Positions 1-9,115 of a stretch of DNA of 32,000 nucleotides are shown one piece after another. Position 1 is the stretch's first letter. The number at the start of each line of letters is the position of its first letter. The notes beneath the pieces were generated by a model. That model searched no databases, had not been told where the DNA came from, and saw only the letters and a list, made by a program, of their open reading frames with translations. The position numbers and the translations under genes were made by a program. The DNA is taken from assembly GCA_009773615.1 (NCBI GenBank), contig WSYA01000013.1:1-32000 (forward strand), given 5' to 3'. The DNA is from Gallionellaceae bacterium. Its GTDB lineage: Bacteria > Pseudomonadota > Gammaproteobacteria > Burkholderiales > Gallionellaceae.

Positions 1-31
1 GCAAGTGCCGGTACAACTCTTTGCTTTCCAT
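1..31 (-). CDS. Possible 5' end of an unidentified ORF running off the window (MESKELYRHL...)
   Basis: On the minus strand, AGGAGG (43..38) lies 6 nt upstream of ATG (31..29), 33 nt downstream of the fis stop. Only 10 codons are visible, so the product is unknown. Confidence 0.3.
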   Translation of the reverse strand, partial: MESKELYRHL

Positions 32-64
32 TGCTCGCCTCCTAACCAAGTTAGAGGCGATAGA

Positions 65-352
65 TTATCTTTTACCCACGCAATTGTCAGATGAACCAAT
101 TTTATGTGCCTGAATTTTTTTGCGCAGGGTGTTGCGGTTCAGCCCGAGCAGCTCAGCCGCCCGCGTCTGGTTGCCGCCCGCGTGGTGCAGCACCGACTCC
201 AACAGCGGCTTCTCCACGCAGTCCATCACCATGTCATACACTGCGCACAACGGCTCTTCGCCATCGAGGTCGACAAAATAATCATTTACCGCCTTGCGCA
301 CATACTGCGCCACTTCATTTTCATCCAACACGACATGCCCCCTTTTTTTCAT
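65..352 (-). CDS. fis: Fis family DNA-binding nucleoid protein / transcriptional regulator
   Basis: 95 aa. C-terminal HTH 'GNQTRAAELLGLNRNTLRKKI' is typical of Fis. The ATG overlaps the dusB stop (ATGA at 349..352), matching the conserved dusB-fis operon. Confidence 0.9.
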   Translation of the reverse strand: MKKRGHVVLDENEVAQYVRKAVNDYFVDLDGEEPLCAVYDMVMDCVEKPLLESVLHHAGGNQTRAAELLGLNRNTLRKKIQAHKIGSSDNCVGKR

Positions 353-1362
353 GCTGCCAATGGCTCGATATATTGCAAGTTCTCCCCAGCCTGCAATTGC
401 CCTTCAAAAAAATCACGCACTGCGGACAGCTGCTCCGCAATGCTTTCCAACTGATTCATGTGGTGGCGAAAATGCGCCGAACCGGCCAGTCCTTTGGTGT
501 ACCAAGAGATGTGTTTGCGCGCCACGCGCAGCCCGGTATGCTCGCCATAAAAATCATATAACTCGTGAACATGAGCGACCAGCACCTGCTGAATTTCTTC
601 AACTTGCGGTGCCGGCAAGTATGTTCCTGTATCCAGAAAATGTGTGATCTCGCGGAACAGCCAAGGGCGACCCTGCGCCGCACGTCCGATCATCACCGCA
701 TCCGCGCCGGTGTGCTGCAAAACGAAGCGCGCTTTTTCCGGTGTAGTGATGTCGCCGTTGGCGATGATGGGGATGTTTACAGATGCTTTCACAGCGCGGA
801 TAGTGTCGTATTCTGCATCGCCGGTGTAGGCGCAGGCGCGGGTGCGGCCATGAATAGCCAGCGCCAGAATGCCGCTGGCTTCGGCGATGCGCGCGATGTT
901 CACCGCGTTGCGATTGGTCTTGTCCCAGCCGGTGCGGATCTTCAACGTGACCGGCACGTCCACTTCGCCGACCACGGCTTCGAGTATCTCGGCCACCAAC
1001 TTTTCATTCTGCATGAGGGCGGAACCCGCCATCACGTTGCATATCTTTTTGGCCGGACAGCCCATGTTGATGTCGATGATCTGTGCGCCGTGATCCACGT
1101 TGTAGCGCGCGGCCTGCGCCAGCATCTTGGGGTCGGCACCGACGATCTGCACCGAGATGGGATCGGCTTCGCCTTCATGGTTGGCACGACGTTTGGTCTT
1201 CTCGGAACCGTACAACAGGGAATTGGACGCCACCATTTCGGACACGGCCATGCCTGCGCCCATGCGCTTGCACAGCATGCGGAACGGCCTGTCGGTCACA
1301 CCCGCCATGGGTGCGACGATGAGGTTATTCTTGAGTTGGTAAGGGCCGATTTGCATGGTCAT
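349..1362 (-). CDS. dusB: tRNA-dihydrouridine synthase B
   Basis: 337 aa. Dus family motifs 'APMAGVTDRPFR' and 'INMGCPAKK' are present, with a TIM-barrel flavoenzyme pattern. It lies directly upstream of fis. Confidence 0.92.
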   Translation of the reverse strand: MTMQIGPYQLKNNLIVAPMAGVTDRPFRMLCKRMGAGMAVSEMVASNSLLYGSEKTKRRANHEGEADPISVQIVGADPKMLAQAARYNVDHGAQIIDINMGCPAKKICNVMAGSALMQNEKLVAEILEAVVGEVDVPVTLKIRTGWDKTNRNAVNIARIAEASGILALAIHGRTRACAYTGDAEYDTIRAVKASVNIPIIANGDITTPEKARFVLQHTGADAVMIGRAAQGRPWLFREITHFLDTGTYLPAPQVEEIQQVLVAHVHELYDFYGEHTGLRVARKHISWYTKGLAGSAHFRHHMNQLESIAEQLSAVRDFFEGQLQAGENLQYIEPLAA

Positions 1363-1442
1363 TTCCGAAGGGGGCGGCGATTATAAATTAATCAACCGCC
1401 CCATGCTATGATGCCGCCAAATTTTTATCGGTACGAAATGCG

Positions 1443-2609
1443 ATGGAATTCGATGTGGTCATCATTGGAGGGGGCTTGGTTGGTGCAAGCCTTGCCGCAG
1501 CGCTCAAGTCCAGCGGGCTGCGCTTGGCATTGGTGGAAGGTCAGCCCTCACCAACTTTGCCGACTGATCCCGCCGAGTGGGATAGTCGGATATACGCGGT
1601 TACGCCCGGCAATGCCGAGTTTCTGCGCGACTGCGGCGCATGGCAAAAAATGGATATGAGCCGCGTACAGCAGGTCGAAGAAATGCGCGTGTTCGGCGAC
1701 AGCGGGGCGGAACTGGATTTCAGCGCGTATCAGATCGGCGCGGCGGAACTCACCTTCATTCTGGAAAGCCGTTTGCTGCAACAGGCGTTGTGGGACGGAC
1801 TGCAACAGCAGGATAATCTGACTTTGCTCAATCCCGCGCGCTGTGCCGAGCTGACCTGGCAGCCTGATGCCGCACATTTGAAATTGGCAGATGGCCGCGA
1901 GATACGCGCCAAACTCGTGGTCGGTGCGGATGGGCGCGAATCCTGGGTGCGCCATCAGGCGGGCATGGCAGAAGTACCGACGCCTTACCATCAGCATGGA
2001 GTGGTCGCCAACTTCAGCACTGAAAAAGCCCATCACGGCATCGCTTATCAGTGGTTTTCGCCGGACGGCATCCTCGCGTTGCTGCCCTTGCCGGACAAGC
2101 GCATCTCTATCGTGTGGTCAGTCAGCCCGGAAAGATCGGCCGAATTGCTGACGCTGTCGCCGGAAGAATTGTGCACGCAGGTCGCGGTCGCCTCGCAGCA
2201 CATGCTGGGCGACTTGAGCTTGATCACGCCTCCCTCGGCTTTTGCCTTGCGCGTGCTAAATCTGGCGCATATCACCAAGCCGCGTTTGGCCTTGGTCGGC
2301 GATGCCGCGCACAACGTGCATCCCTTGTCCGGGCAGGGCGTAAATCTGGGCTTCCGCGATGTGCGTCAATTGGCCGAGACGCTGCTGCAAGGCGGCGCAC
2401 AGGGCGACTGCGGCGAGCTTCATCTGTTGCGCCGCTACGAGAAAGCCCGCCGCGACGACATCCTTTCCATGCAGCTCACCACGGATGCGTTGAAGCATCT
2501 GTTCATCAACGACAACCCGCTGTTGCGTACGTTGCGCAACCTCGGCCTCTCCGCCACCAACCAATTCACGCCGCTGAAAAAGATGCTGGCAAAGCACGCA
2601 CTCATTTAA
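1443..2609 (+). CDS. FAD-dependent ubiquinone-biosynthesis hydroxylase, UbiH/UbiF/VisC/COQ6 family
   Basis: 388 aa. N-terminal 'DVVIIGGGLVGASLA' (GxGxxG) and the FAD-binding 'GDAAHNVHPLSGQGVNLG' motif are present. The exact paralog cannot be assigned by eye. Confidence 0.85.
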   Translation: MEFDVVIIGGGLVGASLAAALKSSGLRLALVEGQPSPTLPTDPAEWDSRIYAVTPGNAEFLRDCGAWQKMDMSRVQQVEEMRVFGDSGAELDFSAYQIGAAELTFILESRLLQQALWDGLQQQDNLTLLNPARCAELTWQPDAAHLKLADGREIRAKLVVGADGRESWVRHQAGMAEVPTPYHQHGVVANFSTEKAHHGIAYQWFSPDGILALLPLPDKRISIVWSVSPERSAELLTLSPEELCTQVAVASQHMLGDLSLITPPSAFALRVLNLAHITKPRLALVGDAAHNVHPLSGQGVNLGFRDVRQLAETLLQGGAQGDCGELHLLRRYEKARRDDILSMQLTTDALKHLFINDNPLLRTLRNLGLSATNQFTPLKKMLAKHALI

Positions 2610-2630
2610 TTCATTACTCAAGGATGCTCC

Positions 2631-3323
2631 ATGTTCAGAACATTACTGCTGGGATTACTCACGATCTCTTTGGCTCACGCTGCCGAAACCGACATCACCG
2701 CTAAGCTCAAAAGCACGTTGGGCAAGGAGTTGGGGGAGGTTACCCAGATCAACAAATCTCCGGTTGCGGGCCTGTACGAAGTGGTGACTTCGGACCGTGT
2801 TTTCTATGCGGATGAAAGCGGACAGTATTTGATCGACGGCAGTCTGTTCGACATAAAGAACCGCCGCAATTTAACGGATGCCCGCATGCGCCAGCTGTTT
2901 GCCGTCGACTTCAGCAAGCTGCCTTTCGAGCTTGCCATTAAGAAGGTCAAGGGCAACGGCAGTCGCAAACTTGCCTATTTCAGCGACCCGAATTGCGGCT
3001 ACTGCAAAAAATTGGAGCGCGAATTACAGAACGTAAGCGACGTGACGCTGTACCTGTTTCTGTATCCGATTTTTGACGGCTCCGCCGAAAAAGTGCACGG
3101 GGTCTGGTGCAGCAAGGACAAAGCCAAAGCGTGGGATAACCTGATGCTGAGCGGCATCCAGCCCGCAGTGGGCAAGTGCGACGCCCCGACCGCCAAGGTG
3201 ATGGAGCTGGGCAAGAAACTTAAAGTGAACGGTACCCCCGCTCTGATTTTCGCCAACGGCGTGGTAAACCCCGGCTACATGCCTGCCGCAGATTTGGAAA
3301 AGGCGCTGGATAACAACAAGTGA
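2631..3323 (+). CDS. dsbC: Periplasmic thiol:disulfide interchange protein DsbC
   Basis: 230 aa. Signal peptide 'MFRTLLLGLLTISLAHA', thioredoxin-fold active site 'CGYC', and 'GTPALIF' near the C-terminus. Confidence 0.85.
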   Translation: MFRTLLLGLLTISLAHAAETDITAKLKSTLGKELGEVTQINKSPVAGLYEVVTSDRVFYADESGQYLIDGSLFDIKNRRNLTDARMRQLFAVDFSKLPFELAIKKVKGNGSRKLAYFSDPNCGYCKKLERELQNVSDVTLYLFLYPIFDGSAEKVHGVWCSKDKAKAWDNLMLSGIQPAVGKCDAPTAKVMELGKKLKVNGTPALIFANGVVNPGYMPAADLEKALDNNK

Positions 3324-3790
3324 TGCTGCGCAATTTGCCCCGCCACCTCGCCGTTCTCAGCGCCGCACTTTGGGTTGGCGGCACATGGGCTATCGGCTAT
3401 CTTGCCGTGCCTGTCCTGTTTCAAACATTGCCCGACCGGCAATTGGCGGGCATGTTGGCAGGCAAAATGTTTACCGTGATGGCGTTTGTCGGTATCGGAT
3501 GTGCGCTGTATTTGCTGGCGTACCAGTTGCACCAGTTCGGACGTTCCGTGTGGAAACAAAGATTGTTTCTTGTGACCGCAGCCATGTTGATATTGGCAAT
3601 TGTCGTCCAGTTCGGCATCCAGCCGATCATGGCAGATTTGAAATCCCAAGCCTTGCCGCTGGATGTGATGCATAGCGCACTGGCGCAGCAGTTCAAAACA
3701 TTGCATGGGTTGTCCAGCATTCTTTATCTGCTACAGAGCTTGCTGGGCATCGCGCTGCTTGTGCGTTCGTTTGACCTGAAAAATAGCTAG
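3320..3790 (+). CDS. DUF4149-like integral membrane protein
   Basis: 156 aa with about four hydrophobic helices. The N-terminal pattern 'LWVGGTWAIGYLAVPVLFQTLPDRQLAG' resembles the DUF4149/TMEM205-like family. The start is GTG 3320 or ATG 3323, overlapping or abutting the dsbC stop. Confidence 0.7.
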   Translation: MMLRNLPRHLAVLSAALWVGGTWAIGYLAVPVLFQTLPDRQLAGMLAGKMFTVMAFVGIGCALYLLAYQLHQFGRSVWKQRLFLVTAAMLILAIVVQFGIQPIMADLKSQALPLDVMHSALAQQFKTLHGLSSILYLLQSLLGIALLVRSFDLKNS

Positions 3791-3866
3791 GCATTTTTGC
3801 AGATTGCTTTTTCAGGAAATGCTGGCAAGCTGCGAGCTATAGCAATAGAGCAATCAGGGGAAAGCC

Positions 3867-5057
3867 ATGCTGAACAATCTCAATCGTGAAATTTACGGAA
3901 TAGGCGAGGTCATCTTCAATGAGGGAGATGCAGGGGATTGCGCCTATTTGATCGAAGAGGGCATCATCGAGATCATCGTGACTGTCAACGGTCAGGAGCA
4001 GCGCGTCAATCAAATCGGCAAAAGCGAACTATTCGGGGAGGTGGCGCTGATAGACCATCAGCCGCGGACAGCTTCAGCCAGAGCGCTTGAAAAGACCGTG
4101 CTCATCACCATCCAGCGCAGCCTGGTGAATGAACTGCTGGAAAAGACCGACCCCATCGTGTGCCACCTGTTGATGGTTATTCTGGATCGCTATCGCAACA
4201 AGCGCGGCACGTCGCAGCCGCAATCTGCCGCACAAAAACTTGATCAGGCCGAAGTCACCAGCAAGCGCGACTCCATTCGCGGCGAAGCCACGCAAAAATT
4301 GACCATGGCGAACGACATCGGGCGCGCCTTGCGCCAAGATGAGTTCGAGATGTACTACCAGCCCATCTGTGCGCTCTCCTCGGGACAGGTGGCAGGCTAT
4401 GAAGCGCTGATCCGCTGGCGTCACCCGCGAGATGGCTTGATCTCCCCGCTCGATTTTTTGTGGCTGGCGGAGCAGACCGGGCAGATTCGCGAAATAGGCT
4501 TGTGGACTTTGGAGCGCTCTTGTCGCGACTGGCCGGTTTTGCGCAAATCGACGAATTTTGCGTTGCCCTTCGTCAGCGTCAATATGTCGCCTTCGCAGCT
4601 CACCGGAGATAGCTTCATTGAAGATGTAAAAGCGATTGTGACGCGTTACCGGATGCCGCCGACAGAGTTGAAACTGGAACTCACCGAAACCGTCATCATC
4701 AACAAACCGGATGTCGCACTGCATCTGTTGAAGCAGTTGACCGAACTAGGCAGTACGTTGGCCATCGACGATTTTGGCACCGGGCATTCGTCGCTGGAAA
4801 CGCTGAACCGTTATCCTATCGGCACGATGAAAGTCGACCGTTCATTTACCGGCACAATGCTGACTTCGGCGCAGAGCTGGGAGATCGTGAATTCCTCGAT
4901 CAAACTTGCGCACTCTCTGGGGATGGATGTGGTGGCAGAAGGCATAGAGACCGAGGAGGTGCGTAAAAAACTTATCGAACTCGGGTGCAACTTCGGTCAG
5001 GGTTGGCTGTTCGGCAGGCCGTCCGAGTTGAAAAATATCACCACGCACCAACCTTAA
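3867..5057 (+). CDS. Cyclic-nucleotide-binding domain / EAL domain protein (predicted c-di-GMP phosphodiesterase)
   Basis: 396 aa. The N-terminal CAP-type cNMP-binding cassette is 'FGEVALIDHQPRTASARA'. The C-terminal EAL domain carries 'YEALIRW', 'VNMS', 'ELTE', 'DDFGTGHSSL', 'KVDRSF', 'AEGIETEE' and 'GQGWLFGRP'. Confidence 0.87.
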   Translation: MLNNLNREIYGIGEVIFNEGDAGDCAYLIEEGIIEIIVTVNGQEQRVNQIGKSELFGEVALIDHQPRTASARALEKTVLITIQRSLVNELLEKTDPIVCHLLMVILDRYRNKRGTSQPQSAAQKLDQAEVTSKRDSIRGEATQKLTMANDIGRALRQDEFEMYYQPICALSSGQVAGYEALIRWRHPRDGLISPLDFLWLAEQTGQIREIGLWTLERSCRDWPVLRKSTNFALPFVSVNMSPSQLTGDSFIEDVKAIVTRYRMPPTELKLELTETVIINKPDVALHLLKQLTELGSTLAIDDFGTGHSSLETLNRYPIGTMKVDRSFTGTMLTSAQSWEIVNSSIKLAHSLGMDVVAEGIETEEVRKKLIELGCNFGQGWLFGRPSELKNITTHQP

Positions 5058-5448
5058 AGCGCTCTATCTCGCGCCGGTCGCGTTTGGTCGGGCGACCTTT
5101 AAGCTCGGAGGGTTGCGGCTGTGCTTTGATCTCCGCCGTAAGAGTTTCACGTTTCAGTCGTCCCGCCTCCGTTTCTCGATAGAGCTTTTGCGCTTGGGGT
5201 GCCGGGCCGCGTTTGTCCGACAAGCCGAGGACTTCCACTTCGAACAGATACGGTCCGAGGCGTATGCTCAGCGTGTCGCCGACCGCGATTGTTTTTGCGG
5301 GTTTGACGCGCGTTTCGTTCACCAGCACTTTGCCGCATTCGATCGCATCCACAGCGAGCGCGCGCGTCTTAAAAAATCGCGCCGCCCACAGCCATTTGTC
5401 GATACGAAGTTTGCTGCTGTCCATCGTGTTGTCTGTTTTGTTCGCCAT
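5038..5448 (-). CDS. hslR: Ribosome-associated heat shock protein Hsp15 (S4 RNA-binding domain)
   Basis: The S4 motif 'RIDKWLWAARFFKTRALA' is present. I prefer the internal ATG at 5448 (MANKT...) over the track start at 5508, which would overlap mltA. The 3' end overlaps the convergent EAL gene by 20 nt. Confidence 0.8.
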   Translation of the reverse strand: MANKTDNTMDSSKLRIDKWLWAARFFKTRALAVDAIECGKVLVNETRVKPAKTIAVGDTLSIRLGPYLFEVEVLGLSDKRGPAPQAQKLYRETEAGRLKRETLTAEIKAQPQPSELKGRPTKRDRREIERFKVGAW

Positions 5449-5465
5449 CAACAATTTCCGCAAAT

Positions 5466-6635
5466 TTAATTCAGCGTCGGCTCTGTGCCGCGTGGAAACA
5501 GCACCCACATGCGCCCCGCCTGTCTCATGCGCCCCGCCTGGATGCCTGCCAGCTCGCCGAACCCCCAGAAAAAATCGGCGCGTACTGCTCCTTTGATCGC
5601 GCCGCCCGTGTCCTGCGCGTACATCAAACGGTTGAGTGGCTCAGCGCTGTCCGGCAGGGTGGTGGAAAGGAATACCGGCACGCCCAGCGGCACGGTGCGC
5701 GGATCGACGGCGATGCTGTATTCGTTGGTAAGCGGCACGCCCAGCGCGCCCAGAGGGGCTGACAGCGTATCCGGCAATTCGCGAAAAAATACATAGCTGG
5801 GGTTTTGTCCCAGCAGTGCGGGCAGGCGTTCGGGATTATGTTCCGCCCAGTTCTTGATGCCCTGCATAGAGGCCTCTTCCGGTTTGAGTTCGCCCATTTC
5901 GATCAATTTTTTTCCGATGGAGATATAAGGGTGGCCGTTCTGTTCGGCATAACCGATCTTCACGCGCCGGCCATCTTCCAATTCGATGCGACCCGAACCC
6001 TGAATCTGCAAAAAGAACAGCTCGACCGCATTTTCGACCCAGAACAGTTCGCGTCCTTTCAGCATCGATACGCCGGCGTCGATCTCGGCGCGGTTGTAGT
6101 AGGGAATGATTTTTTTGCCGTGCAACCGGCCGCGCAGACGCATGCCTTTGAACTGGGGATAGACATCGCCGAGGTCGACTTCGAGCAGATCTTCCGGCGC
6201 GCCGTAGAGCGGGAAGCGAAAGCGTTCGCTCATGCTGCGGCTGCCTTTGAGCAACGGCTCGTAGTAGCCGGTGATCAGGCCTTGCTCGCTGCCGTCAGGG
6301 TTGAACACCTGATAAGGGGTGAACCAGGTTTCGTAGAACGCGCGCTGCGCGGCGGCATCGGCGCTGTCCACTTTTTCAGCGGCGGCGCAGAGCGGTTGCC
6401 ACTTGGGTTTGAATCTGAGGGCGCGGCAGCTTTGCTGCAATGCGGGCCACGAGGGTGTGAGGTTGAGTGTCGACCAGTCCGGTAGCATCTCCCATTTGCT
6501 GACCATGAAAGTCGGCGCAGCGGCGGGCGGTTTTTCCGCCAGAATCGGGGAGGGTGCGATTTTCGGGGGGGCTTGGCAGGCCGACAGCAGGGTGCCGCAA
6601 ACCAACATCAACCCGCAATATTTAATAAAGTTCAT
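5466..6635 (-). CDS. mltA: Membrane-bound lytic murein transglycosylase A (lipoprotein)
   Basis: MltA and 3D-domain motifs 'GYYEP' and 'AQDTGGAIKG' are present. I take the start at 'MNFIKYCGLMLVCGTLLSAC' (lipobox LSAC), giving an ATGA overlap with the upstream methyltransferase stop. The 83-aa N-terminal extension in the track ORF looks spurious. Confidence 0.85.
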   Translation of the reverse strand: MNFIKYCGLMLVCGTLLSACQAPPKIAPSPILAEKPPAAAPTFMVSKWEMLPDWSTLNLTPSWPALQQSCRALRFKPKWQPLCAAAEKVDSADAAAQRAFYETWFTPYQVFNPDGSEQGLITGYYEPLLKGSRSMSERFRFPLYGAPEDLLEVDLGDVYPQFKGMRLRGRLHGKKIIPYYNRAEIDAGVSMLKGRELFWVENAVELFFLQIQGSGRIELEDGRRVKIGYAEQNGHPYISIGKKLIEMGELKPEEASMQGIKNWAEHNPERLPALLGQNPSYVFFRELPDTLSAPLGALGVPLTNEYSIAVDPRTVPLGVPVFLSTTLPDSAEPLNRLMYAQDTGGAIKGAVRADFFWGFGELAGIQAGRMRQAGRMWVLFPRGTEPTLN

Positions 6636-7234
6636 GCCATATCCTTTTGTATCTCGATCAGACGAAACCAGCCGTTCGCCAACGCGGGTTCGTCGCTCAC
6701 CACGCGCAGACCGGGTGCCGTTTCCAGCACTTCCTCGAAGACCACATCGAGTCGCGTGGCGAAGTGTTTGATGAAAAAGTTGAGACCGCGCCGCATCCAA
6801 GCCTGCTGGCCGCGTCGCAAAAATTTGTCGAACAGCAGAATGCGTCCGCCCGGTTTGAGAACTCGTGCCGCTTCCGCCAGACACAACTCGGGCCTCGGTA
6901 CCACGGCAAGGATAAGATGCAATACCGCCACATCAAAACTCTCGTCGGCAAAGGGTAACCTCATACCGTCACCCTGCACGCGGGTCATCTTTAAATCGCC
7001 CCCCCGATCCAGCGACCTCGCCAACATCGCGCCGGTCAGATCGAGCGCGGTGTACTCGTGGCACGGAGGCAAAAAGGGAAAATCCAGACCGGTGCCCGCC
7101 CCGTTGAGCAGCACCTGCAAACATCCTTGCTGCGGCAGGCGCGCCAAGCTGTGTCTGCGCGCCTGACTTGTGGAGCGCTCAAGAAACACATCGTAAACCG
7201 GAGCGATAAAGTGATAGCTGGTTTTTAAGGACAT
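6632..7234 (-). CDS. Class I SAM-dependent methyltransferase
   Basis: 200 aa. Motif I-like 'VLLNGAGTGLD' and 'LKPGGRILLFD' fit the methyltransferase type 11 pattern. The substrate is unknown. Confidence 0.78.
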   Translation of the reverse strand: MSLKTSYHFIAPVYDVFLERSTSQARRHSLARLPQQGCLQVLLNGAGTGLDFPFLPPCHEYTALDLTGAMLARSLDRGGDLKMTRVQGDGMRLPFADESFDVAVLHLILAVVPRPELCLAEAARVLKPGGRILLFDKFLRRGQQAWMRRGLNFFIKHFATRLDVVFEEVLETAPGLRVVSDEPALANGWFRLIEIQKDMA

Positions 7235-7249
7235 CGCAATGGCATGCGG

Positions 7250-7633
7250 TCAATGCAGAACGCGCGGCACGCTCAATACGAACTGCGGGATGGGCACGGG
7301 AAATTCCGCACCGTCTTCCAGTGCCATCTGATAGCTGCCGGACATGGTGCCGACCTGCGAGGCCAGCACGGTGCCGCTGGTGTATTCGAAGCTTTGACCC
7401 GGGTTGATGGTCGGTTGCTCGCCCACCACGCCTTTGCCTTTAACTTCCTGCACGTGGTTGTTGGCATCGGTGATGATCCAGTGACGCCGGAGCAATTTCA
7501 CCGCCTGTTCGCCTTCGTTGCTGAGCGTGATGGTATATGCGAAAACGAAACGGTTGTCGGCCTCTTCGGATTGCTCCGGTATATACCTGACCCGGACGCT
7601 AACTTGAATGCGGTAGTGCTTGTGATTATCCAT
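7250..7633 (-). CDS. apaG: ApaG (DUF525) protein
   Basis: 127 aa. Characteristic 'FAYTITLSNEG', 'RHWIITDANN' and 'GVVGEQPTINPGQSFEYTSG'. Confidence 0.9.
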   Translation of the reverse strand: MDNHKHYRIQVSVRVRYIPEQSEEADNRFVFAYTITLSNEGEQAVKLLRRHWIITDANNHVQEVKGKGVVGEQPTINPGQSFEYTSGTVLASQVGTMSGSYQMALEDGAEFPVPIPQFVLSVPRVLH

Positions 7634-7738
7634 CGTCGTATTTCACCGCATTTTACGCGGTAAGACAAGCACGCTGTCGCGTTTGCGGGTGTTTCGGTTA
7701 GAATGTGCGTCCAAAATTTAAACCCTAAGGATCAAATC

Positions 7739-8428
7739 ATGGACTACCAGATCGCCCCCTCGATTCTCTCTGCCAACTTTGCCAAGCTGGGTGAAGAGGT
7801 CGACAACGTGCTCGCCTCCGGCGCGGACATCGTGCACTTCGACGTGATGGACAACCATTACGTGCCTAATCTGACCATTGGCCCTCTGGTGTGCGAGGCC
7901 TTGCGCAAGCACGGCGTGACTGCCGCCATCGACGTGCATCTGATGGTGAAGCCTGTGGATCGCATCATTCCCGATTTCGCCAAAGCGGGTGCGACTTATA
8001 TTACCTTTCACCCCGAAGCTTCCGAGCACATCGACCGCACCATCGGCCTGATCAAAGAAAGCGGCTGCAAAGCGGGTCTGGTATTCAATCCCGCAACACC
8101 GCTGGACATTCTGGAATACACCTTGCCCAAGCTGGACATGGTGTTGCTGATGTCGGTCAACCCCGGTTTTGGCGGACAGAAATTCATTCCGCATGTGCTG
8201 GATAAGGCACGCCAAGTACGCAAAATGATCGACGCTTTGGGTCTGAACATTCGCTTGGAAATCGACGGCGGCGTGGGTCCGGCGAATATCAAGGAGGTCG
8301 CCGAAGCGGGTGTGGACACCTTCGTGGCCGGTTCTGCGGTGTTCGGCAAATACAACGCCAGCGACAAGAACCACTACAACACCATCATCGGCGAACTGCG
8401 TGCCGAGTTGGCGAAAGTTAAGAAGTAA
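7739..8428 (+). CDS. rpe: Ribulose-phosphate 3-epimerase
   Basis: Motifs 'APSILSANF', '[14 protein letters not shown]', '[12 protein letters not shown]' and 'EIDGGV' are present. I take the start at ATG 7739, preceded by AAGGA at 7727..7731, rather than the track start at 7703. Confidence 0.93.
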   Translation: MDYQIAPSILSANFAKLGEEVDNVLASGADIVHFDVMDNHYVPNLTIGPLVCEALRKHGVTAAIDVHLMVKPVDRIIPDFAKAGATYITFHPEASEHIDRTIGLIKESGCKAGLVFNPATPLDILEYTLPKLDMVLLMSVNPGFGGQKFIPHVLDKARQVRKMIDALGLNIRLEIDGGVGPANIKEVAEAGVDTFVAGSAVFGKYNASDKNHYNTIIGELRAELAKVKK

Positions 8429-9114
8429 TGAGTATTAATAAATTCCCTTTGCCTGTCTCCGTCATTGTCATCGACCTCGACGGTACGTTGCTGCATACCG
8501 CGCCGGAGTTGGCGGAGTCTGCTAACCGCATGTTGCGCGACATGGATCGTCCCGCCGTGTCGCAAGACCTGCTGATGAGCTATATCGGCAATGGCATTCA
8601 CTGGTTGGTGAAGCGTGCGCTCACGGGCGACATGCATGCCGAGCCGGATGCGGTTTTGTTCGATAAAGCCTTGCCCGTTTTTGAAAAGCATTACACCGAG
8701 TTGTTGCTCGACAGCAAACCATTCCCCAATGTGATAAAGGGCTTGGATGCGATGAAAGCGGCGGGGTTTCGTTTGGGCTGCATCACCAACAAAGTGGGGC
8801 GCTATACCGAGCCGCTGCTCAAAGGCATCGGCCTCGCGCATTATTTCGACATCGTGCTGGCTGGCGATTCCTTGCCCGAGAAGAAACCGCACCCGATGCC
8901 GCTGTTGCACTCGGCTAAGTTCTTCGGTGTGCCGATCGAACAATTGCTGTTGGTTGGCGATTCGCTCAGTGATGCGCAGGCTGCTCGCGCTGCGGGCTGC
9001 CCCATCTTCTGCGTGCCCTACGGTTATAACCACGGCGAGCCGGTTGAGACGCTCAACGTGGATGCAGTGATTCCTGATCTTATGGGCGTATTGCCGCTCA
9101 TCAGGCGTGTTTGA
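8428..9114 (+). CDS. gph: Phosphoglycolate phosphatase (HAD superfamily)
   Basis: HAD motifs 'VIDLDGTL', 'CITNK' and 'VGDSLSDAQAARAAG' are present. It lies immediately after rpe, and its ATG overlaps the rpe stop. Confidence 0.88.
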   Translation: MSINKFPLPVSVIVIDLDGTLLHTAPELAESANRMLRDMDRPAVSQDLLMSYIGNGIHWLVKRALTGDMHAEPDAVLFDKALPVFEKHYTELLLDSKPFPNVIKGLDAMKAAGFRLGCITNKVGRYTEPLLKGIGLAHYFDIVLAGDSLPEKKPHPMPLLHSAKFFGVPIEQLLLVGDSLSDAQAARAAGCPIFCVPYGYNHGEPVETLNVDAVIPDLMGVLPLIRRV

Positions 9115-9115
9115 T

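Noticed and set aside
5466-6884. The full 472-aa track ORF taken as MltA.
   Set aside because: The first 83 residues (Arg/Ser/Gly-rich) overlap the methyltransferase gene in another frame. An internal ATG at 6635 gives a canonical lipoprotein signal and an ATGA junction, so I used the shorter model. The same logic applies to 24603..26033 (pilW), 5038..5508 (hslR), 14237..15247 (SDR), 23261..23770 (pilE), 7703..8428 (rpe) and 11201..11794 (trpG).
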